A stretch of DNA of 56,105 nt from IMG/VR virus record IMGVR_UViG_3300005613_002598, positions 1 to 56,105 of that record, one strand, 5' to 3'. Numbering within the stretch: position 1 is the first letter of the stretch; the number at the start of each line of letters is the position of its first letter. Shown here piece after piece: positions 8,901-19,380 of this stretch. The stretch is from a virus. Its lineage: Duplodnaviria > Caudoviricetes. A program made the translations under genes and the position numbers. The notes beneath the pieces are model-generated. The model was not told the origin of the DNA. It ran no database searches and was given only the letters and a program-made list of their open reading frames with translations.

Positions 8901-10552
8901 TGCGCGATAGAGAAAAAGAAAAACGAGATTTAGAAGAAATTCTAAGTCAACACGAAAAACTCAACAAGTTACTTGAACTCGAAGACGATTTGGTTGAGAA
9001 ACTAACTAGTGCTCAAAGTAAACTAAATAGTGCTGTAGAGAAATTACCAGCCGGCAAAATGATTAGTAAATTCTTGGGACTTGATAAAAAGTTAGAAGCC
9101 TCACAAGCAGTAGTTCGTAAGTCATTACAAATGTCTGCTAAAGAAGGAGTTAGTGTATTCAAGGCATTGGGTCGAGCAGGCGTTACAGCATTCAGGTCAA
9201 TTGCCGCCGCTGTTGCATCTACTGGTATTGGATTATTATTAATAGCCGCGGTAGCCTTAGTAGCCGCATTTGTTGCATTGGTTAAATTAGCTCTTGTAAA
9301 TGAAAAACGCGTTTCTCAAATTAGAAAGGAAATGGGAGTTACTGAATCTAGGGCCCGAGCGATTAATGGAATTTTATCACAAGATGAAAAGCTAAGAGAA
9401 AAACAATTAGAAACCATCAAGGCTACCAGTGATGCAATTGGGTTTCAAGTTAAAGTAACTCCGAGGATGGTAAAAGATGTTAATAAACTAGTACGTGACT
9501 ATAAACTGAGTGCCGAAGAAGCCGGTAAATTACTTGCATTCAACATGAAAATGGGCGAAACTGTAAGTAGCTTCAATAAAAAAATGGAAAAAACTCTATC
9601 TATAGAGAATGCACAAAACAAAGTACAAGTTGGTAGAAATGATATTATAGCAGAGATAAACAGTTTATCAGCGGGTACATTGATGATGTATAAAGGTCAA
9701 ACGGAAGAATTGATAAAGCAAGTATCGGCTGCAAAACGTATTGGTATTAATTTTGAAAGAGCTCGTCAAGTCGCGTTGGGATTTTTAGATATTGGTAGTT
9801 CACTTGAAGCTCAATTTGAATTAGAAGCACTTACTGGACAGAGATTTGACTTAGACCAAGTTCGTGCATTAGCTTTAAAATCACCAGCTGAGGCTGTGGA
9901 AATGGCTATTGCTCAATTTGGCCCAATGTTAGCCAACGCTGATATCATACAACAAGAAGCATTTGCTACGGCCGCCGGTCTTTCATTTGATGAATTATCA
10001 AAGGCTATACAAATGCAGGAACTTGCGGCAGCTGGAAGTCAAGAGGAAGTGGCTAAAAAATTAGAAGATTTGCGTACTCCACAAGAAAAAATGAAAGATG
10101 CAATGGTTGATATCAAAGATGGTATAATGAAACGTATCATTCCGCTATTAAATACAATTGGACGTATATTACAGAAACTATCAAAGGTTTTTGTATGGCG
10201 AAACCGCGCCGCCAGCGGCATTAGTGACGATGCATATGAAGAGATGTCTAAAGAAGAATATATACCCGAGACGCAAAAGGAACGCGAGAAGGCCTATAAA
10301 CAACAAGCAGCGGAGATGGTTGATGAGGTTAATGATTTTATATTACGTCCTGGAATGCGCCCTGTTAAGTTTAATAAAGATGATTTGATAATAGGTGGTA
10401 CTGGTTTGATGGATAAAGGTCAAATGAATGAAACAAACCAATTATTAAAACAATTGATATTAGCCGTTGAAAGAAACGGTACTGTTAGATTGGATGGTGA
10501 TAAAGTAAATGAAACTTTGATAACTAGAAGAATGCCGGAGGGTCTTACATAA
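8900..10552 (+). CDS. Tail tape measure protein
   Basis: 550 aa, alpha-helical and Ala/Lys/Glu-rich, hydrophobic stretch (IGLLLIAAVALVAAFVALV), SSLEAQFELEALTG; position after the chaperone. Confidence 0.8.
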   Translation: MRDREKEKRDLEEILSQHEKLNKLLELEDDLVEKLTSAQSKLNSAVEKLPAGKMISKFLGLDKKLEASQAVVRKSLQMSAKEGVSVFKALGRAGVTAFRSIAAAVASTGIGLLLIAAVALVAAFVALVKLALVNEKRVSQIRKEMGVTESRARAINGILSQDEKLREKQLETIKATSDAIGFQVKVTPRMVKDVNKLVRDYKLSAEEAGKLLAFNMKMGETVSSFNKKMEKTLSIENAQNKVQVGRNDIIAEINSLSAGTLMMYKGQTEELIKQVSAAKRIGINFERARQVALGFLDIGSSLEAQFELEALTGQRFDLDQVRALALKSPAEAVEMAIAQFGPMLANADIIQQEAFATAAGLSFDELSKAIQMQELAAAGSQEEVAKKLEDLRTPQEKMKDAMVDIKDGIMKRIIPLLNTIGRILQKLSKVFVWRNRAASGISDDAYEEMSKEEYIPETQKEREKAYKQQAAEMVDEVNDFILRPGMRPVKFNKDDLIIGGTGLMDKGQMNETNQLLKQLILAVERNGTVRLDGDKVNETLITRRMPEGLT

Positions 10553-12087
10553 TGGCAATACGATTGACAGATGTATATAATAGATATGTTGAAAGGTTTT
10601 CCGATAGAATAGCTAACACTAACTTTTCAACGATTAGATTGAGACCTATCTATAATAGATACTCTGAGAGATTTCCAAATCGTGTATCTGGGATTGTAGA
10701 TTTCATACCAAATACATATGCCATAGGATTTACTCCAAAGCTACAAGTTGGTTCACCAACTCAATTTCAAATTAACTCTAAGAGTTTTTTCGACATTAGA
10801 TCTAGAAACATTGCTGTAACAAGTGGGGTCACTCATACAAACTACAACGATGGTAGTTTTGTGAAATCATTTAATGCTAGATTGTATAGTCCTGAAAAAA
10901 GATATAGTGATAGTGTAAATCTAACAGATATAAATACCAGTCCTATTGGAAAGTATGCAATAACGGAACGCTCCAAGTCTCCCTTAATGCGACAATATGC
11001 TAAATTCAATTTGAGAAATGATAGTACTGGGAATTTAGAACCATTTATATTACGTGGTATACAACGTGGTGGGAAAAATCAAGAACCACAAAGATGGGGT
11101 GGGAGCTTGGGTGCTGTTGGTATAGCTGTAACTGCTGACCGAGCTGCTACTGATTTACTGAGATTAGGCAAATTTGCACTAAGCCCTAATGGAATTAAGT
11201 ATGGTATAAACCAAGGAATTCTTCAGGCGTATAGACTTACAAGGCCGTATGAAAGTAAATTAGATAAAACTTTAGGACAATTATCAAGAAACTTTTCTCC
11301 ATTCGGTACATACAACAACAAAAAACGAAAAGACTTTATACCACCAATTCCTGGTGTGGGAATCCTTAATACTGGAAAGTCAACTAGTTATAACACCGGT
11401 GCCAGAAAGAAGTTAACAGAAATTTTTGGTAGTGGGTTTGAAAACTCATTAAATCAAATTGTAGCAAGTGATGATTTATACAATGAAAATCTTAGAAAAG
11501 ACCTAATACCAATTGGGTTCGACAGAGTTGGTCGAGATAAAGTTATATTTAGAGGTACATTATCTGGTATAAATGATAGTATGACACCATCTTGGGAATC
11601 TTATAACTATATTGGTAGACCTGATAAGGTATACAATTACACTGGTTTGGATAGAAATCTTACATTTCAATTTGAAGTGTATGCATATAGTAAAGATAAT
11701 CTTAAAGATATGTTTAGAAAGCTAGATTTCTTGTCTAAGTTAACTATGCCAGAACTTGTCAATAACAGAATGAGCGGTCCTATCATTAGATTAACTTTAG
11801 GTGAATTATTCAGACAAGAGCTTGGATTTATATCATCTCTAACAATCACACCAAGTATGGAAGTCCCATGGGATTTACCAGAAACAACTGAAACTAGATT
11901 GGCATTACCAAAAGTAGCTTCGGTTAGTGTTGGGTTTACCTTTATTCACAACAAAATACCATCAAATAACCCCGATTTTTATTCGTATTCTAACAAAAAT
12001 TATTTGAAAGAACCCACTCAACCTATAACCACAATTCAACCTAGACAATTATCAGGTGGAACTCCACTTGGAATTCCCGGTATTTAA
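10552..12087 (+). CDS. Baseplate / tail tube initiator-like protein
   Basis: C-terminal tube-like domain (FRGTLSGINDSMTPSW..YIGRPDKVYNYTGLDRNLTFQF, PIIRLTLGEL, GFISSL); follows tape measure. Confidence 0.65.
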   Translation: MAIRLTDVYNRYVERFSDRIANTNFSTIRLRPIYNRYSERFPNRVSGIVDFIPNTYAIGFTPKLQVGSPTQFQINSKSFFDIRSRNIAVTSGVTHTNYNDGSFVKSFNARLYSPEKRYSDSVNLTDINTSPIGKYAITERSKSPLMRQYAKFNLRNDSTGNLEPFILRGIQRGGKNQEPQRWGGSLGAVGIAVTADRAATDLLRLGKFALSPNGIKYGINQGILQAYRLTRPYESKLDKTLGQLSRNFSPFGTYNNKKRKDFIPPIPGVGILNTGKSTSYNTGARKKLTEIFGSGFENSLNQIVASDDLYNENLRKDLIPIGFDRVGRDKVIFRGTLSGINDSMTPSWESYNYIGRPDKVYNYTGLDRNLTFQFEVYAYSKDNLKDMFRKLDFLSKLTMPELVNNRMSGPIIRLTLGELFRQELGFISSLTITPSMEVPWDLPETTETRLALPKVASVSVGFTFIHNKIPSNNPDFYSYSNKNYLKEPTQPITTIQPRQLSGGTPLGIPGI

Positions 12088-12099
12088 ACGCTATCTAAA

Positions 12100-12438
12100 A
12101 TGAGTAGATATCAATATACAAAAATAGTAAACTATCAAAATGATAAATTGAGTATACCATATCGATGGAATGGTATTACTAGAAATCCAAAAATTCGTGA
12201 AACTACAATCTATCCAAATATAGAACATAGTACCGAAGACCTATACGTTATATCCAAAATTACTGATAGGTTAGATTTGTTGGCAAATGAATACTACGGA
12301 GATTCAAGTTTATGGTGGGTTATTGCGTTAGCAAATAACATAGGTAAAGGAACTCTTGTAGTAGACCCAGGTTTACAATTACGTATACCACATAATCCAT
12401 CTGAATTTAGAAATAAGATACGGGGCAGTCAATTATGA
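12100..12438 (+). CDS. LysM-like baseplate protein (gp53 / tail X-like)
   Basis: DRLDLLANEYYGDSSLWWVIALAN..PGLQLRIP. Confidence 0.85.
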   Translation: MSRYQYTKIVNYQNDKLSIPYRWNGITRNPKIRETTIYPNIEHSTEDLYVISKITDRLDLLANEYYGDSSLWWVIALANNIGKGTLVVDPGLQLRIPHNPSEFRNKIRGSQL

Positions 12439-13439
12439 GTACTGGATATAGAGGGCTTTTTGCAGATAAGATAAATCCTAGAGTAAAAGCATTCCTCGAT
12501 AAAGAGCAAAAGTTATATAAAGATAAAGACCCGTCTGTTTTCCAAAAAACCCCATGGGTCAGGCTAACCAGTAATGCAACGGATGTATATGTAAATAAAG
12601 AAAAGATCGATAGTGATAATTGGAGACTACAACTTGAAGGTAGTGGGGTATTACTGAGTGGTTGGAGTGACACCACAAACGGTTTTCTATATTCAAGTAC
12701 TAGGAGAAATTTACCAAAACCTGGTATAACTGGGGTGAATGTTAAAACACGTGGTAAACTTGGTTCTATTTTAAATGCTACAATTAACATACAAATACCA
12801 TACGAAGGAGACTTGGAATATATTGAAAAATTGTATATGGTTCCTGGGGTTACTTGTTTACTCGAATGGGGGTGGAGTGATTATTCCGGCAATTATCTTG
12901 AAATTCAAGATGGTGATACTATTGATTCGGTAAAAAAAAGAGGAATTGCAAAAACACTTGGGTTCGATGAAGATGAATTATTCGGCGAATCTACAGATGT
13001 TGATGACTTTAATTCAGTTGGTAAGTGTGGTTCAATGGTGGGTGTTATTTATAAATTTTCGTATGAAGCTGCACAAAATGGAGGATACACAGCTACAGTT
13101 GAATTACTTAGTGAATCATATTTTACGGTAGGGAGGCCCATTTCTACTAATATCTTACCAGATGTAATAGTACCAAAGCCGATTATTTGGAAAGCCATTG
13201 ATGATCCTGTATCAATTGAGGATATCAGAGAAAGAAGTTTTGGTACAACTACAGAAGAACGGATTCGTGCGTTAGAGACACTTGACCCGAATAAAGCAAA
13301 ACCAGGTCTTGGTGGTGTCACGGAAGCTGAGTTACAGGCATATGATGAAAAAGTTGAGTTAGATAGGTCGGGATCACCCCGCGGGCAAGAAGCAGATATA
13401 CCTAACAGGCAAGTATCAATTGGTATGGAGGACTTTTAA
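12435..13439 (+). CDS. Baseplate hub-like protein, N-terminal part
   Basis: PWVRLTS, PKPGITGVNVK..GSILNATINI, YMVPGVTCLLEWGWS, GVIYKFSY..GGYTATVEL. Confidence 0.6.
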   Translation: MSTGYRGLFADKINPRVKAFLDKEQKLYKDKDPSVFQKTPWVRLTSNATDVYVNKEKIDSDNWRLQLEGSGVLLSGWSDTTNGFLYSSTRRNLPKPGITGVNVKTRGKLGSILNATINIQIPYEGDLEYIEKLYMVPGVTCLLEWGWSDYSGNYLEIQDGDTIDSVKKRGIAKTLGFDEDELFGESTDVDDFNSVGKCGSMVGVIYKFSYEAAQNGGYTATVELLSESYFTVGRPISTNILPDVIVPKPIIWKAIDDPVSIEDIRERSFGTTTEERIRALETLDPNKAKPGLGGVTEAELQAYDEKVELDRSGSPRGQEADIPNRQVSIGMEDF

Positions 13440-14197
13440 TGGATGATATAAAAAAAATATTAGTAGCTGTTAATAATAATCCGATTGATGTATTAATTGA
13501 TGATAATATCAATCGCCCCGCTTTACATAAACAGTTGGTGAGCGATGTGAATGGTAAATTCAAAAAATTCAATTTGAATTTTCGAATTAGCAGAATTACG
13601 GATGAAATATTGGAAGTTTATTCCGATGATGGTTCGCTATTGGGTGCTACTTTCAGTTTACCAAATGCAGAGCAAAACGTGGGTGCAAATGATCCTGCAA
13701 CAGACGGAAATGTGAACACTGCAACACGTCGTGATACTAGAACACCCCCAGGCAATCCTAACACAACTGAAACTTTACAACAACTAATTGCTAGACTAGA
13801 GTCTAATAGCAATTATAACATAGTTGTTGGGGGGCTTATTGATCCTGATTTAACAACAAGAACAGTTGAAGAGAATAGAAAAAAATATGGGGATAAGGCT
13901 TTAGGAAAATACCAAATCCAATACCCAACATTTAAAGACGTAATGAGGAATACTAATTTAATATTTTCTCCTAAAACGCAAGATGATACATATTTTAAAT
14001 TATTGGAAAGAAGAGGTTTGAAACGTTATCAAAGCGGGGAAATTTCAATTGGAACTTTTGCTCGTAATTTATCTATGGAGTGGGCAGCTCTTCCTAGAGG
14101 CTCAGATAATATTTCCTACTATGCGGGCGTAAGTAATAACAAAGCATTAACTACCTGGGATACTGTTTTACAAGCTATTAGAAATACTTATGGTTAA
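13439..14197 (+). CDS. Baseplate-associated protein with lysozyme / lytic transglycosylase domain (lambda R / GH104-like)
   Basis: LES..YNIVVGG, ALGKYQIQYPT, FSPKTQD, LSMEWAALP, SYYAG..NKA. Confidence 0.75.
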   Translation: MDDIKKILVAVNNNPIDVLIDDNINRPALHKQLVSDVNGKFKKFNLNFRISRITDEILEVYSDDGSLLGATFSLPNAEQNVGANDPATDGNVNTATRRDTRTPPGNPNTTETLQQLIARLESNSNYNIVVGGLIDPDLTTRTVEENRKKYGDKALGKYQIQYPTFKDVMRNTNLIFSPKTQDDTYFKLLERRGLKRYQSGEISIGTFARNLSMEWAALPRGSDNISYYAGVSNNKALTTWDTVLQAIRNTYG

Positions 14198-15824
14198 TAG
14201 AACATTTGTAACTTGGGGCTTTGTTGAAGACCATCTTTTGAAATTTACATCTAAAGATAAAGATGGTAACTATACAAGTTTAGTTAAAAGCATTATAAAG
14301 GGGGATTTATCAGAAAAATCCGTTGAGATATTAAATTTCAAAGAATTGAGGTCATGTGATCTTGATGTTTGTATATTACCAGGACAAGAATCTATATCAC
14401 CTGATGCAGAAGTTAAACTATCTAATGGAAATCTTTATAAGATAATAAAGAATAGTAGTAAGAATTATGTAAGTAACGTTCATAATCTTAATCCTTTTAG
14501 TGCTGAGTTTGAACCATTTGCCGTTACGGATAGTCCAAATAGAGGGTATCTTAGGAATATATTAATAAACACATCTTTTATTGAAGGGGTTTACGATGGA
14601 CTTGGTAACGAACCCACTCTAAATACATTTATACTTAAACTGTTGGATGGTATTAATGACGCATGTGGTAGGTTGTGGGACTTTTCAATTATATCGTTGC
14701 CATATAATGAGGATAAGTTAACGATTGTTGATAATAGGTGCTTGGATTCTGATGTGTTGAAATATATAGATAACGACGCTAACAATGATTATCCATATTT
14801 AATTCAAAACCATTTTTTGAAAGGATTTACCATAGCTACAAATTTAAGTGATAATATATCGACAAGAGCATATCTAACATCGGTTGGTAGTTCATATGGT
14901 TATAGTACATCTGAGGCAAATACTTATGATTTTTATGGTCAAAATAAAAATGAAAAAGATAAATCCGTTACGATAGTGGATAGATTGCGATTAAATAGGA
15001 AAGACAATGGGGAAGACAAAGAGGGTGACAAACCACGCTTTAAAGACGACGAAGACGACAAGGTGATTGTGAAAAGTGGAAAAGAAAATCCAATACTTGA
15101 ATATTTCAACCGCGCATATATTTATTTAAACACAGGTCATAATAAATCTAGTGCAAAATCTTCACTCACTAAGTTAGTTGCCGAATTACTTAATGGTAGT
15201 AGTAGTCTAGAGTACAAACCCCTAATCGGATTGACAGTTTCATTTACAATTCCTGGGATGACTGGTATTTATATGGGTAACGCTTTTACACTACTTCCTA
15301 TTAGTCAAGGGGGTTGGTTGCCGGATAGATATTATGAGCAAGTTCTATTTCAGATACATGAAATAAATCACACGATTGATAGTACCAAGTGGGAAACAAA
15401 CGTTAGTTCTTTAATGAGACATAAACAATCAATTGATACTGAATATTTTGATGATACTGACTCGGCATTACAAGCATATATAAATGATGAAAGTATTGTT
15501 GAAGATGATTTTAAAGATCCGCCGCCGCCAGAACCTGAAGAAGGTTCACCAGAAAAACCGAAATTGGGAGACGGTGAGTTTTATAATTTTAAATACAAAC
15601 AGGTAGCAGATGGTGTCACCGTCACCGGCGGCGTGGCCGCGACCAACTATAAATCAGTGAGGGTGGACCCGAAAGGAGAGTGGATTGATATTATGAAACA
15701 GGGACCTAATCGGGGACCGTTCGGCCTGCTGCCTGGTAAGACTGAAGTAGTAGGTAGAGCATATTTTGATGAAAATGGTAACGTTATAAAACATGTTTAT
15801 GGTACAGCCGAAGAAGTAGGTTGA
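14190..15824 (+). CDS. Baseplate hub-like protein, C-terminal part
   Basis: YLRNILIN, LLDGINDACGRLWDF, LTVSFTIPGMTGIYMGNAF..LPDRY..FQIHEINHTI..WET. Confidence 0.6.
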   Translation: MVNRTFVTWGFVEDHLLKFTSKDKDGNYTSLVKSIIKGDLSEKSVEILNFKELRSCDLDVCILPGQESISPDAEVKLSNGNLYKIIKNSSKNYVSNVHNLNPFSAEFEPFAVTDSPNRGYLRNILINTSFIEGVYDGLGNEPTLNTFILKLLDGINDACGRLWDFSIISLPYNEDKLTIVDNRCLDSDVLKYIDNDANNDYPYLIQNHFLKGFTIATNLSDNISTRAYLTSVGSSYGYSTSEANTYDFYGQNKNEKDKSVTIVDRLRLNRKDNGEDKEGDKPRFKDDEDDKVIVKSGKENPILEYFNRAYIYLNTGHNKSSAKSSLTKLVAELLNGSSSLEYKPLIGLTVSFTIPGMTGIYMGNAFTLLPISQGGWLPDRYYEQVLFQIHEINHTIDSTKWETNVSSLMRHKQSIDTEYFDDTDSALQAYINDESIVEDDFKDPPPPEPEEGSPEKPKLGDGEFYNFKYKQVADGVTVTGGVAATNYKSVRVDPKGEWIDIMKQGPNRGPFGLLPGKTEVVGRAYFDENGNVIKHVYGTAEEVG

Positions 15825-15854
15825 GGTGCTTCTGCTCAATTCTAATTTAGAAAT

Positions 15855-16361
15855 ATGAGAGATATAGAATTAATGACATATTATATCCTAACGGGTAAAA
15901 AAACTAAAGTTGGCGTAATAAACACACCAAATATACAACCCTATTACCCAATTTTGACCGATAAGGATTATAATAGGGGGTATTTCATTCGATATTTTGT
16001 CAGACGATATGATGGTGCTACAGTAGAAGTATCTAAAGATTTCTATGATAACAGATTTTCAAAACTACCAACTGGATTATACAAACGAGGTGCATTAGTT
16101 TGGTCTTTATCGGACTCCGTTGAGTTTAGACAATCTTATATAAGGTTAGAAACCAAGTCAGAAGATAGAAACAGAAGTGAGATAACGGAATTATTACCCC
16201 AATTCCCCGATTTAGACCAACTTTTTAACAATCTATCAGAATTCAAATTGATATCTCCAACTGACACCACCACTCCCATGGGTAGAAGTCGCATTAGCAG
16301 TGATGTTATACGAGACACCACACCCCCAACATCTACTTATGGTGGTAGAATGATGGGATAA
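15855..16361 (+). CDS. Hypothetical phage protein
   Basis: 168 aa; PILTDKDYNRGYFIRYFV motif. Confidence 0.65.
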   Translation: MRDIELMTYYILTGKKTKVGVINTPNIQPYYPILTDKDYNRGYFIRYFVRRYDGATVEVSKDFYDNRFSKLPTGLYKRGALVWSLSDSVEFRQSYIRLETKSEDRNRSEITELLPQFPDLDQLFNNLSEFKLISPTDTTTPMGRSRISSDVIRDTTPPTSTYGGRMMG

Positions 16362-16363
16362 TG

Positions 16364-16395
16364 TTTGTATTTTTCAACATTTTTATTTACATTTG
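16364..16395 (+). promoter_or_regulatory. Bacteroidota-type primary-sigma promoter
   Basis: TTTG (16364-67), 20-nt spacer, TACATTTG (16388-95); exact match to TTTG-N19-21-TAnnTTTG, just upstream of ATG 16403. Confidence 0.7.
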
Positions 16396-16402
16396 TACTA
16401 GT

Positions 16403-17425
16403 ATGACTTTGCTAGAACAAATAAAACAATTTGAGATTGATATTCAACTGTTGCATTATCTAAGATTCAACAGTTCTATAGATATAAATCAAATAAGTAC
16501 ACCTGCCCATAAGTTCTATCAACGGAAGTTTTGGAATCGTGATGATATTGATAGTATAATACCTTTGGTAAAACAAAAGGAACGGTTAGATATTTTGAAG
16601 AACGCATATGATGAGTTATATGTAAAACAAGTGGTAGATTCCGAGGCTTGGGATTTTTATAAAACTAAGTTGATACCAACATTTCAACATATTCAATCAA
16701 ACGGGTTGTATACCTATGATGGTACTGAATATACAAAGTACAATGTATTTACCAGAACTGGAAGGCCATCCAACAGCAATAATGGAATCAATTATGCTGC
16801 ATTGAATAAAATGGATGGTTCACGTAGGAGGTATAGAACTAGATATGAGAATGGTCGTCTATTTGAATTTGATTATGATGCATATCACCTTAGATTGATT
16901 TGTAATTTAGTTGGATATGAAGCCCCAACTGAAAGTTTCCATACTCATATGGCTAAGATATATTTTAACAAAGAAAATATATCAGATGAAGAGTATGAAA
17001 TTTCAAAACAAATCAGTTTTAAAATACTTTATGGGGGGGTTGACGAAAAAAGTAAACAACTTGAATTCTACAAACTCACAGATGAATACATAAAGTCATT
17101 GTGGAAACTGTATAATAAACAGGGTTGGATTGAAACTCCAATAGCCAAACGGCGGTTTTATAAATCCAACTTTAAAGAAATGACTCCCCAAAAGCTTTTC
17201 AACTATCTTATTCAGGCATATGAAACTGAACAAAATGTAGTTACTATTCAAAATGTTTTTGATGTACTTGGTGATGGTGATTTAGTTATTCTATACACTT
17301 ATGATTCAATTCTCATTGATGCACAATTCGATGATATTTATATAGTAGATAATGTAAAATCTGCAATGGGTATGTTAACTAAATGTAGTAGTGGTAAAAA
17401 CTACAACGCTATGAATTCTATATAA
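16403..17425 (+). CDS. Minimal family A DNA polymerase-like protein (polymerase domain only)
   Basis: TRTGRPSN, motif A FDYDAYHLR, motif B KQISFKILYG, NYLIQAYE, motif C YTYDSILID; start moved to ATG 16403 behind the promoter. Confidence 0.75.
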   Translation: MTLLEQIKQFEIDIQLLHYLRFNSSIDINQISTPAHKFYQRKFWNRDDIDSIIPLVKQKERLDILKNAYDELYVKQVVDSEAWDFYKTKLIPTFQHIQSNGLYTYDGTEYTKYNVFTRTGRPSNSNNGINYAALNKMDGSRRRYRTRYENGRLFEFDYDAYHLRLICNLVGYEAPTESFHTHMAKIYFNKENISDEEYEISKQISFKILYGGVDEKSKQLEFYKLTDEYIKSLWKLYNKQGWIETPIAKRRFYKSNFKEMTPQKLFNYLIQAYETEQNVVTIQNVFDVLGDGDLVILYTYDSILIDAQFDDIYIVDNVKSAMGMLTKCSSGKNYNAMNSI

Positions 17426-17427
17426 TT

Positions 17428-19365
17428 ATGTTTGTGAATTTAAGTAAAATTATTACGGATTGGGCATATAAGTTGAATGATGGTATTCCCGCTTTCAATG
17501 ATGCAACCAAGATATTATTGTTACAAGACACTTTACGTAGTGCTGGGTGGGGTGAACAAGCCATAATAGAGTTCACCAAACAAATTACAGAGCGTAAAGT
17601 CGGTGATGATGAGATGATTAAGTATAAGGATTTTGATGGGAATCCTGCAGAAATGAAAGCAAGTTCTGCTAAACAACAACCAAATGAACACCCAGCAAAA
17701 CAAGCATATGATAAATTGGTGGGTGAAGATGAGCCGGAAGATAAATCGGATTCAGAGGAACCCACGGAGCCAAAACCAGATGAATTGTCACCCGATGGTG
17801 ATTCAAATGCAGATGGTGATATCGAATCTGATGCCGAGTCTGAAACTGAAAAGAAAAAACAAATAGCTAAAGTGCTAAATACACCAGAGCCTGGTTCTGA
17901 TAATGCTATTGAAAAGGAAACGGATTCAGATAATAAAAAAGAACCACAATCAAATGGATATGTTGGTGATAAAGATAAATCACTAAAACAAGGTGACCCG
18001 AGAGAATCTGATGTTTATCAGCAAGAGTTACCACCTAATGATGAAGAGTTTGCAGAGAAAAATAAAAAGTTTGCAAATCCAATTCCACCCGAACCATATA
18101 AAATGCCGGATTTCTTAAATGATAATCCTAAATTCCCTAAGAAATATGTTAAGGCATTAGAACGTATGATGAATACACAACCAAAGGGGGATGCGACCAA
18201 ATGGGGGCATTTTTCTGATATACAAGGTGGTGCAGGTCAAATTTCAGCACAAGCTGGTGAGTTAATGACTATGATGGGTACTACTATGAGTGATGATGAG
18301 TGGAATGAATTTTCCAACTCAATCCTTAAACATCTTGATGAATTCAATAAAGCTAATCCGAAACTTAAAGATTCTAAACATAAGATAGTTGATAAGACGT
18401 GGGTAATTGCGGCAACAAAAAGTAGAAAAGCAATTAAAAATAGATTAACTGCTCAATATGGTGAAGGTGTTGAAATTGTAGCAGCTGCGTGGGATGTACA
18501 ATCTGATGTAGAAGCTATGGGTATGAATAATTACAATGAGAATAAAGGATTTTCAACTGATATGTATCTTAAAGTAAGAAAATCGAATGGTGAAGAAGTT
18601 TTAGATGAAATATCATTAAAAAAATCAACTAAAGTAAACTTTCTAAATTCAGGAGTTGGCGAATTTGCAAAATGGGATGAAAACTTACCAGATGAAATCA
18701 ATCAGATTGTTTATAGAGATAGGGCTAGAACTCGTAATATATCCGTTGTTAGTGAAAATAAAGCTGAAATTGAAAAGTTATTAAAATCACCTGAAGGTGC
18801 ATCGCTAAATGCTGTACTTAAATCTAAAAAGCTAACTTTGGATGCGGCATTAGAGGGTAACTCCAGAGCTAAACAAAAAGTTCTATGGTATGCGATTAAT
18901 GAATTAGCTAAACGTGGAAACAAAAGCGCACAATCTGCTGTAGATGATGATAAAAAAGCACATGAAAAGTTTGTAGCCGAGTCAGTTAAAGCAATTACTG
19001 AAAATGATAAAATGAGAGAGGGTATGTTAAAGGAAATACGTTCTGAGTTTCCTTTAAAAGCAGTTTCAGATGGTGAAGAAACTATGGCTATTGGGCCTAA
19101 TTCATTGGATAGAGAAACAATGAAAAATATATTTGGTACATACGATTATGATGATATAAAAGAAAAATTAGTTGCAGAGCCGGGTCCACCACCATTTATT
19201 GGATATAAAGTTGATATTCGAGATGAAGCTATACCAATAGCTAATATAGTAATTAGAGAAGATGGTAGAGGTTATGGTGGTCAATTTAAATTTGAAATGT
19301 CACTACACGATGGTTTTGCTAAAAAACTAGAACAAGCACAAAGTGATGTTTATGGTGAAGAATAA
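17428..19365 (+). CDS. Large hypothetical protein with acidic linker and possible PD-(D/E)XK-like nuclease motif
   Basis: 645 aa; D/E/P-rich disordered region; AGELM...STDMYL...DEISLKK; TGATATTTAT motif at 17332 upstream. Confidence 0.55.
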   Translation: MFVNLSKIITDWAYKLNDGIPAFNDATKILLLQDTLRSAGWGEQAIIEFTKQITERKVGDDEMIKYKDFDGNPAEMKASSAKQQPNEHPAKQAYDKLVGEDEPEDKSDSEEPTEPKPDELSPDGDSNADGDIESDAESETEKKKQIAKVLNTPEPGSDNAIEKETDSDNKKEPQSNGYVGDKDKSLKQGDPRESDVYQQELPPNDEEFAEKNKKFANPIPPEPYKMPDFLNDNPKFPKKYVKALERMMNTQPKGDATKWGHFSDIQGGAGQISAQAGELMTMMGTTMSDDEWNEFSNSILKHLDEFNKANPKLKDSKHKIVDKTWVIAATKSRKAIKNRLTAQYGEGVEIVAAAWDVQSDVEAMGMNNYNENKGFSTDMYLKVRKSNGEEVLDEISLKKSTKVNFLNSGVGEFAKWDENLPDEINQIVYRDRARTRNISVVSENKAEIEKLLKSPEGASLNAVLKSKKLTLDAALEGNSRAKQKVLWYAINELAKRGNKSAQSAVDDDKKAHEKFVAESVKAITENDKMREGMLKEIRSEFPLKAVSDGEETMAIGPNSLDRETMKNIFGTYDYDDIKEKLVAEPGPPPFIGYKVDIRDEAIPIANIVIREDGRGYGGQFKFEMSLHDGFAKKLEQAQSDVYGEE

Positions 19366-19380
19366 AGACGGAGAGAATAG

